In this document: in pieces, positions 28,533 to 44,310 of the stretch | Position numbering within the stretch: the stretch's first letter is position 1 | How the letters are laid out: the number at the start of each line of letters is the position of its first letter | Assembly: GCA_012295275.1 (NCBI GenBank) | Contig: CM022676.1 | Span: 1,860,001 to 1,924,000 of the forward strand | Reading direction: 5' to 3' | Origin: Chrysomallon squamiferum | Taxonomy: Eukaryota > Animalia > Mollusca | DNA: 64,000 nt | Program-made: the position numbers and the translations under genes | The notes under the pieces: generated by a model | The model's input: the letters and a program-made list of their open reading frames with translations, nothing else | What the model was told of the DNA's origin: nothing | Databases searched by the model: none

Positions 28533-29511
28533 GAGTACATTGTATATTTTAGTTCTGCCAGTAATAGGTATGATTGGCTACAGACATATACTCATTTAAT
28601 GGATACTTTATGTCTGGCAGATCCACAAATTAAAAACATAATGTTGCTTTGTTTGTTTCTAATAAGCATGGGTGTCATTTCTGTTGCATTTGTTCATTCA
28701 TCATTTGTTCATTCATTCATTTATTCATTCTGTTATTTGTTTCTTTTCATATAACATATTAACAGAACAGTTTTTCGTTTTTTGTTGTTTTATTATTTTC
28801 CCTTTCTTTTTTATGTAAAAATCTAAAAAGATATATATGTTGTATTTTGATATATATATGTATTAAAAAAAGTTAAAGAAAATGAATTGTTTTGGAGTTT
28901 TAAAATTAATATTTTAGTGAAACATACATTGTGTGTGTATTGTGTATTTACGTGTGTATATGTGTTTATGTGTGCCTGTGTATGGTGCGTGCATATCTGT
29001 GTATCCATGTGTGTCTGTATATATATGTGTATGTGTAAAACAAAACCATACAATAATATCAACAACAACAATTATAAAAATAATAAATATATAGAGAAAC
29101 TTTTAAAGAAAATCAGAAACAACAGCAGTATTGTCAGCATTTTATTTCAAATAAGTTAAAATATAATCAACGTCATTGATAACGTTTGTAATTACATCTT
29201 CAATGTAATGTCTTATTTCTTCACCATATTTGTTTCTATATATATTCGAAACAACGCATGCTATTTTTAATATGAATAACAACTACCAGATTGAACTACT
29301 ACAGTTTCTATAATTCTTATAAGCATCTTACCTGCGTATATGATGACGTAATCAACATATAACTTACATGATAAACATACACCAGCGCATTTATCCGAAA
29401 TAAGTAATGGCGAACAAGGGTCTAGCATATAAATATAATCACTTCCATCACAACACGTAAATCTTTCATACATCTTTTTTATTCTCTTTCCTTTTGTTTC
29501 TCGGTTAGTTA

Positions 29512-29580
<69 letters not shown>

Positions 29581-30319
29581 TTTATTTTTATTTATTGATT
29601 TTTATTTATTGATTTCTGTTTTACTTCAGAACTGGTGAATGCTTTTCTCTCTGTCTTCATTTTTCTTTGCTATTTTATTAACACTTCTGACTCCGCACGT
29701 GATAGACGTTTCCTCCATCTGTGTTTTACGTCACAGAGCTTGTTAATTACGTCATTCCCTTGAATGTTGTATTTGGTCCCCATTTCTCTTTTGCTTGCTT
29801 CAGCGATAATTTTATTATTTCGTTACAGAAATCTTTCTTTTGGAATCCACTTTATAAAGAATATCTAGACTGCAGAGATTATTTTTTTCTCTCTCGCGTG
29901 AAATATCGATTATAATAAATGATATGTCCTTAATTTTTGTCCTTTGTAAAAGATCTTTCCACAGTATCCACTCTGAAAAGACGATTACCAGTTGAACTAT
30001 ATTCCAGCACGTAAAGATTGTTTCGCTGTGTCAGCGAAAATGATTTATGGTTATATAAAGAATTATTTTCTCTTTCATACTGTAAAGTGTCTTTCCTTAA
30101 GAAAAGATTTCTCCTTTAAAAAAATATTTTGTCTGAAACTTTGTGTACTCTCTCAAGTATCTTGCGTTAAAACACTGCCTTTTTAAAAGGATGTTTCCTT
30201 TGTTAAGTCTTTTTCTTTATACTTGACAAAGAATATTAATATCGGAAATTCAATTAACTGAATATTCGACTTTTAATAATCCAAACTCTTAACGATTTGC
30301 TCGCAATACAGCCGCTAGG

Positions 30320-30495
30320 ATAAACTACTATTATTTGTTACGTCATAAATGTTTTACGTCATAAACTATTATTTGTTACGTCATAAATGTTTTACGTCAT
30401 AAACTACTATTATTTGTAACGTCATAAATGTTTTACGTCATAAACTACTATTATTTGTTACGTCATAAATGTTTTAGGTCATAAACGTTTTACGT
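30320..30495. repeat. About 41-bp tandem repeat containing paired TTACGTCA motifs
   Basis: Unit TAAACTACTATTATTTGTTACGTCATAAATGTTTTACGTCA, about 4 copies. Confidence 0.8.
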
Positions 30496-30646
30496 TGTAA
30501 ATGTAACAACGACACTGAAGAACACTTGGAAATATGAGTTTAATGTACATACTGTACACTGGCAAGTGCTGCTTTAGAGCAGTTTTACATTAAATGTTAT
30601 ATGTGTTTTGTTTAAAAGTAATACATTTATAAAAGGCTGTAAAATT

Positions 30647-30705
30647 ATCTGTGGTTACCCCAACGACCCCTAGCGGCGATTAACAGATAAAGTGAAGTGA
30701 AGAGA
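30647..30705 (+). mobile_element. Possible 5'-truncated 3' tail of an RTE-clade non-LTR element or related SINE
   Basis: ATCTGTGGTTACCCCAACGACCCCTAGCGG...GATAAAGTGAAGTGAAG resembles RTE-type 3' termini ending in short tandem repeats (recognised from memory, not searched). Confidence 0.4.
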
Positions 30706-31039
30706 CATTATATTCAGCTTTATCTTTGTTCTCGTTACGTCATAGTGTTATACTGTTCGGAGATGTAATAATATCATTATGTCTTTTACGAAAAAGGAAA
30801 GTTTTGAAAGTAACGGTATTTTGTACTACGTTATGAAAAGAAACTATCGGTTGTTTTAACAAATTTGACAAGCGAATGTAAGAAAAATTACAAACAACAA
30901 CAACAACAATGATGAAAGAAACAAAATGGCCATCAATATTTGTATTTCTCCTATCAGGCTTGATTGTTTTGTTTTTGTTGTTACGGATTTTTCTTTTTTC
31001 TTTATTTCTTGTTATTATACATGTATATATGTCTATATA

Positions 31040-31755
31040 CAGTGGTACCTTGACTTACGAGTTTAATTCGTTCCATGACCGAGCTTGTAACTCAATTTGT
31101 TCGTATATCAAATCAATTTTCCCAACTGAAATTAACTGAAATAACATTAATCCGCTACAGATTTAAAAAAAACACCTCAATTTTTGTGTAAGATAAATAA
31201 GAAAAATGTATTTATAAATGATAGATATTGTATGAAAATAAAATAAAACAGAATGTAAAGAAATAAACTGGTTTTGTAAAGTGTATTTATCTTGGAGATC
31301 AGATTATTTTAACGCTTTTGGCTGGAGTTACAGTCTTTATCGACTCCTTCTGCGGCAGTATCGTAGAAGTGCTACCTTGCTCTTGTTTGCCTAGTCACCT
31401 TGCTCTTGTTTTCCTATGAATTCAAGCTTTAGTTCAATGGGCATCATCCGCTTCTTCTTCTCAGCACTGTCCTTTGCACTCACTTTCTTGCGATCCATGG
31501 TCAGAAAAACAAAAAATTTGTCAAAATACTATACAAAACGCGAACACAATAGAGATGCTTCCACGGCGAGGTAACCACGTGAAGTAAACGAGTGAGAGGT
31601 GGGATGCTGGGTGGATGTTGTATTATTCATTGCGCCAACCAGCAGCGGCGCATCTGAAGTTCGCTCGTAATTTGGATTTTGGCTCGCAACTCAACGCAAA
31701 AAATTGACCGGGCAACTTCTTTTACTCGAAAAACTCGTTAGTCGAGGTACCGCTG
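31040..31755 (-). mobile_element. Internally deleted Tigger/pogo DNA transposon (716 bp)
   Basis: TA target sites on both sides. TIRs CAGTGGTACCTTGACTTACGAGTTT and (reverse complement) CAGCGGTACCTCGACTAACGAGTTT. A minus-strand relic from ATG 31498, MDRKKVSAKDSAEKKKRMMPIELKLEFIGKQEQG, is a Tigger transposase N-terminus. Confidence 0.88.
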
Positions 31756-33016
31756 TATTTTATTTTTTACATCGTACTTTATCGTTATGAAATATCGTTA
31801 CATTCTGTAAAATACATTTACTGTTGTTGTTCGTACAATAACGGTACATTTTAACTTTAGTCTCTCGCTGATTTCAGATACATCAAAATGTCGAATCTTT
31901 CACGCGTCGTCGCTTCAATGATTTTCATGTTAATCTTCATAATGGCTTTTCTGAAACCGTCTTTCAAGTAATTTACTTACTTTAAAGTCAAAGAATTCAT
32001 TATCTTTCATTTAAAAACACCCGCAATCTTTGGAAGAAGTGGAAAGAAGCTTTGATGATAATGTTATAAGCACTTCAGAAGAAACAGTGAAATTGAATTG
32101 TTGTAAAATTTAGTGCCACATCCACCCACCCACACTCACACATACACCACACCCACCCACCCACCCACCTCACACACACACACACACACCCACCCACACA
32201 CACACACTCACACACACCCACCCACCCACACACACACCCACCCACCCACACACACACACACACACTCACCCACCCAACCAGGGACAGTCAGACACAAATA
32301 CGCAGAGAGAAAGATTATTAAGAAATTCATAAAAATCAGTGTTTCACTTAAGAATTTGATGAAACCAGCAAAATCTCACTGGATTTCGTGTAATTACTGA
32401 AAAATGAAGCATTATATTACACAACTTTACAGAAAACATGATTTCCAAAGGTTAATAAACCACAATCAAGGATTTAGCGAAATAACTGGAAAAACATTTC
32501 AGTAAATATATGAAATTCCAATAGTTATTAGAAATTTTATGCAGTCATTAATCAGAACAGTGACATTTTATTTCTCTGTTTCTTCTTCTTATTATTATAT
32601 TTATTATTATTTTATTTTAATATATTTATAAATTTTATTTAGGGATTTCATGAAAATCTCACTTTCAAAATCTTAAGAAAAAATATATATATTTTATTTA
32701 CTTGTTATTCTGTTGTTGTTTTTTTCTGTCACTCAGTAACATAAGTTAATTTTGTACACTTCCAAGTTGTTATTTTATTGAATAGTGGCGATATATCTTT
32801 GCAATAATAAACTGTAATACGTCTGTTCATGTCGGTGTATAATTATTAATATTATTTTTTATTATTATTATTTCGTTTTATGATGTGTTATAAATATGAA
32901 ATAAATAAAAAGAAGAAGAAGAAGAAGAAGAAAGAGCAGGAGAAGGAAGACAATATTAAAATAATGATTTAAGTTGGAACGGAAAAAAATGTAAAAACAA
33001 AAATAAAAAGTGTTTT

Positions 33017-33073
<57 letters not shown>

Positions 33074-33876
33074 TACATGTGTCTGGGCTATCTCCAGCTT
33101 CCGTAACGGTTGCTTTGTTCAGTTTATTTTCCACTCGACAATATTGTTCTTTGTTTATTTTCTTCCTTTTTTCGCTCGAGTACCATCTCCTAAACACATT
33201 CGTTTATTTCGAAATCAGACAACGTTTACAAACATCATTCAACACTACGGTTTCTGCTACTACCTGTGCAAACACTCTTCCTTTTCAATATTAAAAATAA
33301 AATCAGAATTCGTCAACAGTCGTTTCGACAGTAACCTTTCTCCAAACGACAGGCTATTCTTCTGACCGCCGTGTTGAACAATCGCTACTAAAACAATGGA
33401 ATATACATCGCGAATAATAACGACCGAAAACGACTCACTTCAAAGCTTTTGACTTGACACTAAATAAATAGACACGAATAAATAAACAGATAAAAATAAC
33501 ACTCGCCAGTCTCATCAAATGGCAAAATTAATGACCACATTTTCAGCTGCTGGCGAAGTTATCGCCTGCTTTTCTGAATCGTGTTAAAAATTTCTGTCTC
33601 TCCGTAATTTCCGGCTCTGTGTTCGTACGTACTCGTCATTTTATGACGCCAAATAAAACCGGATAAAACCGGATACATAGACATCAGAAAAACCCGTTTT
33701 TCGATTATTAAATTTGTTTTGTTTGCACTTTTCAAATTATTTTACTATTAAAGTGAACTGAATTATTTTCATGTATTTTAAATTTAATAAAATTTTTAAA
33801 TTGTTTTAATTTTTATATTTTAATTATATTTATTCATAATTATTTCATACAGTTTACAGAAGACCGGAAATGTGTC

Positions 33877-33920
<44 letters not shown>

Positions 33921-34111
33921 TGTATGTGTTTGTATGTGTCCATACATTGAAACGTTCACACAAACACACACATACCACACACATACTTACCAGTGAACAT
34001 ACATACATACATACATACATACATACACGTATGTTTTTGTTTACAAACCAACAAACAAATAAATAAATAAATACATACTGAGCTTTGAATGAACATACTG
34101 TCTACACACAC

Positions 34112-34173
<62 letters not shown>

Positions 34174-34519
34174 GTTTTAAACTATTAGAAGTTATGAAAA
34201 TTGGTTTCCAAATGATAGAGATTACAACACCTAATTTAAAATTTAATTGTTCAATAAGCAAACTTTGCTAACGAAAAAAAACAATAAAAAAAAGAAAATG
34301 TTTACTACTCAGTCTTTCTATTCAATTTTCACCAATGATATTGCCTGTAAACATTTAACACTTGGAATGTAACCACACACATAAATACTTACTATAAAAT
34401 AATCCTTACTTGATAAATAACAAAATGAAAGCTTATTAAGTTTTTGTGATTATTTGGTAAACAAGTAGAGGAGTACTGATTTATCAACATATTAGAGATA
34501 ATTGTTATTATTCATGAAA

Positions 34520-36266
<1,747 letters not shown>

Positions 36267-36559
36267 TCCTGAAATAAGTAACACATACGTTAAGCGCTCT
36301 AACACTAAGCTGTGGTTCACCTCATTTCAAAAACTAGATCAAACTTTATTAACCGATAACGTAAATTTACGTGTGTTTTATGTTAATACGTGACTTACAT
36401 CTGGTTCACAGAAATTTAAACAGTGACAATTATTTTACACGTACGAAAGACAGGATTGGTAGATAATTACTTTTTAAATAAAAGTGAGGATGGGAAGAGA
36501 TAAAAACACTGATATATAAAATACTGCATAGACAGACAGAGAACAAAGAGAGAAATAAC

Positions 36560-36663
<104 letters not shown>

Positions 36664-38131
36664 CATGTGTGTGGGGGCTATTATAAAGAGACAGAGAAAC
36701 ACAGACAAGGAGAAAGTGAGAGACTGACATACGCATTCACACACACACACACACGTACACACACAGTAAGAACGAGAGAGTTTATCGAGAGTGACAGAGA
36801 CAGAGAGGAGTAATTAAGTTTGTATGTATAAATGTATGTAATTAGCAGTAAATATTTCATTATCTTATATGAGTCTGATTATATTCTACACACAGTAATC
36901 GGGAACGCTCTGGCACAGGAGCACAACATTCAATCACGACGTCAACAACGTCAGAAGCTGCTACCCGCACCCTAAGATGGATGACGATAAACTCGACTAC
37001 GGAAACAACGTTTTGTGTTTTTATAATAAATTAAAATAGACAGATAAATATATAAATAGATACATGAGTAAGTAAATGAAAATAAATAAACAGACAGACA
37101 GATATTAAGTAAATAAATACTAAGTAAACACATTACATATATAAATAAATGAATGTATTACAAAGCATTGCATGTTTGAAAAAGTTAAAAATTAAAATAT
37201 GAGTTTGTATGTGTGTGTATGTTTGTGCTTGTGTATATGATTGTGTTTTGTTTTTTTGTAGTGTGTGTGTATGTATAAGGATGTTTGTGCATGTGTCTCT
37301 GTGTGCGTGCGTATTCGTAAGTGATGTTAAAAACATTATTTTTGTATGATCTCCAGACTAACGCTCCTATTATTCCACTGTATTTTATTTTCATCCATAT
37401 TTAATTAATCATTTGGTAAAATAAAAGAAAGAGTTTGCCACATTTTTTTTTTTATAGAACTGAACAGACTAGAACATGGTGGCAGTCCTCACATTGGTCG
37501 TATGTTAATTAATAAAAATCAATTAACAGATTATTATAGTTGATTGTTTATATGTTGGGAAATGTTAATAACTGCCCGGATACCATATGTCCGGTTAGAC
37601 TGAGAATTTAATTAATTTTGTTACCATGGTGAATTCGTCATAAATAAATTCTGAATATCTATATATGATTAATTTTATTTTGGTTTTGACACCTATTATT
37701 TGCTAATAACAAAGTATAATTCAAGGTGATGGCTCTTTTAGGCAGTCATCTAACCTTTTCATGACGTCATTTCGTATATCATTGTTTCTACTACTACTAA
37801 TATACTGCTGCAAATACAACTACTACTACATCTATTACTAATACCTATTACTACTATTTTAGAACTACTACCACTACTTACTAGTACTAGTATTCTACTA
37901 CTTTTACTATTAGAACAATAACAGTAATAATAATAACAATAATGATGATGACGATACTAAAAACAGCAACAGATATATCCCTAAGTTATGACTGAAGAAA
38001 CACACAACGAGGTAAATAAGTATATCGACAATCCTTTTCATCCGAATTTTTTTTTCGCTCTTTTTGACCATCTGCTAATATAATCTAAAGTAAAATCACA
38101 GGTGAGAGGTGTCGGAGATAACTGTCTTCAC

Positions 38132-38252
38132 ACTTCCGCCATCACATCCGGAACCGCGAATTCTTTTCTCTGATTGGTTGATCTGTTTTATAAATAGCTT
38201 TGAACATCCTTTTCCTCTGTCCTCTCGGGATTCTTTCTGAATTCAGGTAAGT
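38132..38252 (+). promoter_or_regulatory. Probable promoter and non-coding exon 1 of the PLA2-like gene
   Basis: ACTTCC (ETS-like) 38132, ATTGG 38173, TATAAATA 38189-38196, then donor CAG|GTAAGT at 38247. Confidence 0.6.
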
Positions 38253-38683
38253 CACGCTCTAAATAATTGTTATTATGTTTTTTATAAAAACTATTTTAAA
38301 TAAACAGATAAATAAATAAAATGTAGACTATAACAGTAAGACTAATAGATGGCCATAACTACACTGAGGGAAATTCTTCATACAGAAATTGACGATTCAT
38401 TATAATTTTTCTGTTCTTTTTTTTTGGACTTTTTTTTAACTTTTTTTTAATACAAAGATTTTATTTAAAAAATATAAAATATGACTGCCTATTCCGATAG
38501 AAACAATATCCACTGAATGAATTCGTTTATGACTATGATTACCATTTGAAGTCTACAGACATCGTTGCGATGAAAGACATAACTGACTTCAAAGACTTCA
38601 AACAGGTTTATCGGCGATTAAGTGTTTTTGCCTCATTTCAAAAAGAATCTAGTTTAGGCTGTGGTAATAGTAGTAGAGAATAT

Positions 38684-38716
<33 letters not shown>

Positions 38717-39145
38717 CGTAGTATTAGCATGGTTGTTGTAGTGGCAATACACTGATATTAACTAGATAACTATTAACGTCAATAGCAGAAGTATTGTTGG
38801 TAGTAGTAGTTACAGCAGATGTTGTTGTTGTAGCAATGGTAGTAATAGTAGTAGCTGTATCTTAATAATGGTACTAGTAGTTGTAGTAGAGTATAAAATA
38901 CAAAATTAAATTTAGATTATGTTAAATGATCAAATCTAATAACTGATAATAGAGAATTAACCTTTTTATATCTAGTGCATCAATTTTATGCTGACTGTAA
39001 AAAAAAAAAAAAAAAAAGAAAAAAAATTAAAAATTAAAGAAATAAAGAAACTAAATAAAGAAAGAAAAAATAAGAACAACAAAATATTTGATTGTCTATA
39101 AACTTTAAGTTTCAGAATTAGAATCTATTTGATTGTATGTATCAA

Positions 39146-39178
<33 letters not shown>

Positions 39179-39365
39179 AATAATCGCTTTTTCTTGTATA
39201 TAAATATTTAACTATAATTTCAAATATATGTTTAATTATATGGATAATAAATAATAATAAATTTGCTATAGTGACATCCTTAAAGAAACTTTTATTTGAC
39301 TCAAGACAGCAAAGTCGTCAGTTATCTCCCTTGTGGATTAATTTTAACTTTAGCTAAAGATTATA

Positions 39366-39531
39366 CAGTAAAACCTCTCTAAACCGAACTCGGTCAGGAC
39401 AAATAAAAAAATCGTTTTGTAGAAGTGTTTGGTTTATCGAGGTTTTACTTTCGGCTACTTGAACAGCGGAAATCGTTCGGTTTGGAGGAAATTCCGGTTT
39501 AGTCAGGATCCGGTTCGAAATAATTTTACTA
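39366..39531. mobile_element. Degenerate Tc1/mariner-pogo-type MITE
   Basis: Begins TA|CAGTAAAACCTCTCTAAACCG; right end CCGGTTCGAAATAATTTTACTA is an imperfect inverted copy; internal subterminal repeats. Confidence 0.45.
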
Positions 39532-40150
39532 TGGCAGAATTGCCTAATATTTTATTGTATCGTACGTGTGTGGGGGGGGACCAAAAAAAAAAAAAAAAAA
39601 AAGAAAGAAAGAAAAAGAGAAAACAAAAAAAGAAAGAAAAAAGGGTTTGTATACACACACACACAGAGACACACATAAACACACACACACAGAGACACAC
39701 GGACACACACATACAAACACATACACACACAAACACGCACACACACACACAGACACACACTCACACACACATACACACACACAGAGACACACAGACACAC
39801 ACATACAAACACATACACACACAAACACGCACACACACAGAGACACACACACTCACACACACATACACACACATACATATATATCAGGAAATAGAACCAG
39901 GACATAGGAAAACGAAAGGTGGCCATACTGAAGACTGAAAAAAACCCCTCACAAACACAAACCTGAGAAAGCGGATGTAGACAAAGCTCGCGGTTCCCAA
40001 AAACGTTTGCTGGAACCCAAGCGACCCCACCTCTCAAACAAACACCGCGTAACGTCTGTGTTCTTCCTCCGCGTCACAAACAAGTTCACCCGCGACTTTT
40101 TAATTTTACGTCGCTTAGCTTCAAGTCGAAATCATGGGATTACCGCCGTA

Positions 40151-40184
<34 letters not shown>

Positions 40185-40376
40185 TGCTGTTAACTGGTTA
40201 TATATCAATGGCTATTCAGTCATCAGGAGTGATATATTCCAAAAATAATTAAGATAATGTTAATGAATAAACTGCATGTAACATTATTATATTCAGCGAA
40301 CTATAATTATAAGAAAATGAATTAATGTAATCTAGATATATTATTTAACTTTATAAATTATAAATTATGATTATGA

Positions 40377-40419
<43 letters not shown>

Positions 40420-40585
40420 GTTGTTGTTATTATTATTATTATTATTGATATTATTATTATTATTATTGTTATTATTATATTCTTCTTATTGTTATTGTTA
40501 TTGTTATTATTATTATTATTATTGTTATGATTATTGTTATTATTGTTGTTGTTATTGTTGTTGTTGTTGTTGTTATTATTTCAGG

Positions 40586-40760
40586 ATGTGGAAAGAACTG
40601 TTTTTGGTGCTCGTCGTCTCGCTCGTGGTTGTGGACGTCACGGATGCGGTGTCGTGCAGCACCTACTCCGACGGCTGCAGCATTCGTCTCGGACTTGTTT
40701 TTTCAGGATAAAGAACTGTTTTAAATGCTCTTCGATAAACACGACGTCTGTTACGGATGC
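40586..40760 (+). pseudogene. Conodipine-like (group IX-type) secreted phospholipase A2, first coding exon, with frameshift and stop (pseudogene or assembly error)
   Basis: tatttcag|G ATG. Encodes signal peptide MWKELFLVLVVSLVVVDVTDA and VSCSTYSDGCSIRLGL, then after a frame shift in a T run FFQDKELF*MLFDKHDVCYGC. The HDxCY catalytic motif is at 40740-40754. No canonical phase-0 donor follows 40760. Confidence 0.75.
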
Positions 40761-40775
40761 GGTGTCGAGCACCAT

Positions 40776-41075
40776 CAGCTACGTCATCATCACTTCCTTT
40801 TCATCATAAGCGTTTTCAATCAGTTACGATAGGAACGACGTAATTAAACGTTATAACATCAGCTACGTCATCATCATCATTATAATCAACAACTACAACA
40901 GGAACGATAGTAATTAAACGTTATAACAGTAGCAGCTACGTCATCATCATCATTATAATCAACAACTACAACAGGAACGATAGTAATTAAACGTTATAAC
41001 AGTAGCAGCTACGTCATCATCATCATCATAATCAACAGCTACAACAGGAACGATAGTAATTAAACGTTATAACAG
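40776..41075. repeat. 73-bp tandem repeat, about 4 copies, starting just after the PLA2 catalytic exon
   Basis: AGCTACGTCATCATCATCATTATAATCAACAACTACAACAGGAACGATAGTAATTAAACGTTATAACAGTAGC at 40861, 40934 and 41007. Confidence 0.85.
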
Positions 41076-41322
41076 TAGCAGTAATAGTAACAATAAGAAC
41101 AGAATATCAAAACAGCACCAACAACAACTGTTACAGCTGTTACTATTGGTCTTCCTATTTCTCTTCTTCTTCGTCTTCTTCTTACTATTGTTACTGTTAT
41201 TATTTTTTTTCTTGTTGTTGTTGTTGTTATTATTATTATTATTATTATTATTGAAATAAATTATTTTATTTGAGAAATAAATAAATATTATTATTATTAC
41301 TATTACTTCTCTTCTTCTTCTT

Positions 41323-41353
<31 letters not shown>

Positions 41354-41748
41354 TTATTAGTAGTAGTAGTAGTACCATTTTAAATTATTTTATTTTAAAA
41401 TAAAAAATATATTACTATTATTGCTACTAGTTTTCTTCTTCTTATTATTATTAGTAGTAGTAGTAGTACCATTTTAAATTATTTTATTTTAAAATAAAAA
41501 ATATATTACTATTATTGCTACTAGTTTTCTTCTTCTTCTTCTTATTATTATTAGTAGTAGTAGTAGTACCATTTTAAATTATTTACTTTAAAAAAATATA
41601 TATATAACACTGTTATAGCTGTCAGTCTTCATTTGTTCTTGTTCTTGTTCTGACTGTTTCTGAGTGTTTCTGTGTGTTTCTGACTGTTTCTACAGTTTCT
41701 GAGTGTTTCTGTGTGTTTCTGACTGTTTCTGTGTTTCTGTTGTTTCAG

Positions 41749-41951
41749 GGTGCACTGCGGGGTACGAGCAGGTCGTCATGTGACAAGTATTTGTACAGAA
41801 ACTCGAGGAGGAGGTGCAAGTGGTATCTGCCGTACTGCCAGCGCTTCGCCCTCCTGTACTACCTCGCCGTCAGGTCGGGGGGCATAAACACTACCGAAAA
41901 ACATCACCCGACTGGTGCAGGCAGAGCTGGGTGCCCGGATGTATGAAATAA
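41749..41951 (+). pseudogene. Conodipine-like PLA2, last coding exon (one frameshift in a G6 run)
   Basis: tgttgtttcag|GGT. Encodes GALRGTSRSSCDKYLYRNSRRRCKWYLPYCQRFALLYYLAVRSG, then with one added G, GHKHYRKTSPDWCRQSWVPGCMK*. The CD, YYxAVR and WCxxxWV motifs are typical of this PLA2 group. Confidence 0.78.
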
Positions 41952-42066
41952 ATAAAATAAAATAAAATAAAATAAAATAAAAGATGAAGAAATAGAAAGT
42001 TTAGAAAGAGAAAAGACAAAAGAAACGAGCGAACAGCCAGTTTTGGAAATGTGGATGATTAACAAA

Positions 42067-42097
<31 letters not shown>

Positions 42098-42959
42098 ATC
42101 ATTTTTGTTCATTTTTTTTTTGTTTTTTTTTTTCCTGTTTGTGGTTTTTGTTTGTTTTCTTAGCTTTAAGGAAATGGAAATTGAAACACGAGAATAAATT
42201 AGGTTTCGTACTAAATTATATTTTACTACGTTTTCACGAGTTAAGAAAAGAGTAAACAAGCCAACTGTTAAATAAACAGTAAACAAATAAACTGTTAAAT
42301 AAACATTTAATTTTTAACGCGGTTTACTGATAAACTGGTATCCATTGAATGTTACTTTGGCCGGAAGTCACTGATAACATTACAGGGACCAAGTAATCTG
42401 GTTTGAGATTAAAATAGTAATAATAGAGTAGTAGCAGTAGTGGTAGTGGTAGTCAAAGTAGTAGTAGTAGTAGTAACAAAAATAGCAGGATCAGTAGTAA
42501 TAGCAAAACAAAACAAAACAAAAAAATAATAATAATAAAAAAAAAAAATCCTTAGACTATCTTGATTTTGTATTTCGCAATATCAGGACCAGCAACAAAC
42601 ACAACAATAACAACAGCTAAAATAAACAATGGAAATTAATAGCATTTATCACAACAGAGAAACAACAACTATGACAACAACTAAACAAAACCAGTAACAA
42701 CTACATCTACGACAACAACAGAGGGTATTTTAAGAACTTTATTCAGTTATCGGAAAATGCACAGTCCAGTAATTTACTGAAAATACTTTTTTTTTATTAT
42801 TAATGAGCTTTCTATTTTATTCACGAAATTTCTATTTTAGTCACGAAATGTCTATGGCTGTGTGCACATGAAATCATTCTTGCCATCGCACATGCACGTG
42901 CCTTGATAAGCTTTAAATCTCTCATGCAAAGGATGACATGATCCTGCCACATAGCAAGC

Positions 42960-43211
42960 TAAAATGTAAAATATTACATTTTATTATGTTAAATATTTAA
43001 TATTTCAAACGGAACAAAAATGTACTATATTACATTTTATTATATTAAATATTAATATTTCAAAAGGAACAAAAATGTAAAATATTACATTTTATTATAT
43101 TAAATATTTAATATTTCAAACGGAACAAAAATGTAAAATATTACATTTTATAATGTTAAATATTAATATTTCAAAAAGAACAAAAATGTGAAATATAACC
43201 TTTTTGCTACA

Positions 43212-43267
<56 letters not shown>

Positions 43268-43339
43268 AACTACTACTACTACTACAACAACTACTACTAC
43301 TACTACTACTTCTATTACTACTACTACTACTACTTCTAT

Positions 43340-43378
<39 letters not shown>

Positions 43379-43520
43379 AACTACTACTACTACTACAACT
43401 ACTACTACTACTACAACTACTACTACTACTACAACTACTACTACTACTACAACAACTACTACTTCTATTACTACTACTACTACTACTTCTATACATATTA
43501 CTACTACTACTACTACTACA

Positions 43521-43584
<64 letters not shown>

Positions 43585-43585
43585 T

Positions 43586-43621
<36 letters not shown>

Positions 43622-43643
43622 AACTACTACTACTACTACTACA

Positions 43644-43681
<38 letters not shown>

Positions 43682-43730
43682 AACTACTACTACTACTACA
43701 ACAACTACTTCTATTACTACTACTACTACT
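42960..43730. repeat. About 57-bp AT-rich minisatellite (42960-43200) followed by (ACT)n microsatellite
   Basis: Direct inspection; source of poly-T/L/S ORFs. Confidence 0.85.
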
Positions 43731-44211
43731 TTGCTGCTGCTGCTCCCCCACCTCCTCCCCCTGCGGCTTATCCCCTTCCTCCTGCCCCTACTATTACCAT
43801 TATCTGAAACTGGGTATACTTTGACTACTGCTAGTAAAGAAAAGATAAATAAAACAAACCATCTTCATCTATTTTTCCATCCAAAAGACAAACTTTCTTG
43901 TCATGATCCGGAACACTTTGGCTTCCTAGAGACAGAAAAATATAACAATAACAGAAAATACTTTCTTTAAATATACATTAAATCTTTGGACTGTATAAAT
44001 CCATAAAAGCATTATGTTTTTGTTACTTTAGCAGTAAATAAATAAATAAGTAAGTAAAAAAGTTGCATCTATGTGGACACTGAATACAACATGATCTTAA
44101 ATAGTTATTTTTTCATCATCATCATCAGCAGCATCAGCAGCAGCACCATCATCATCATCGTCGTCGTCGTTGTCATCGTCATTGTCATCAACATTATTAT
44201 TGTTATCACAA

Positions 44212-44310
<99 letters not shown>

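Noticed and set aside
33070-33700. CpG-rich stretch with short ORFs
   Set aside because: No coding signature or splice partners; may be regulatory, but no specific call is supportable.
36890-37015. GC-richer island resembling an exon
   Set aside because: No consistent acceptor-donor pair or recognisable peptide; likely TE or regulatory fragment.
43116-43970. Mucin-like poly-Thr/Ser ORFs
   Set aside because: (ACT)n microsatellite open in several frames; no signal peptide or splice support.
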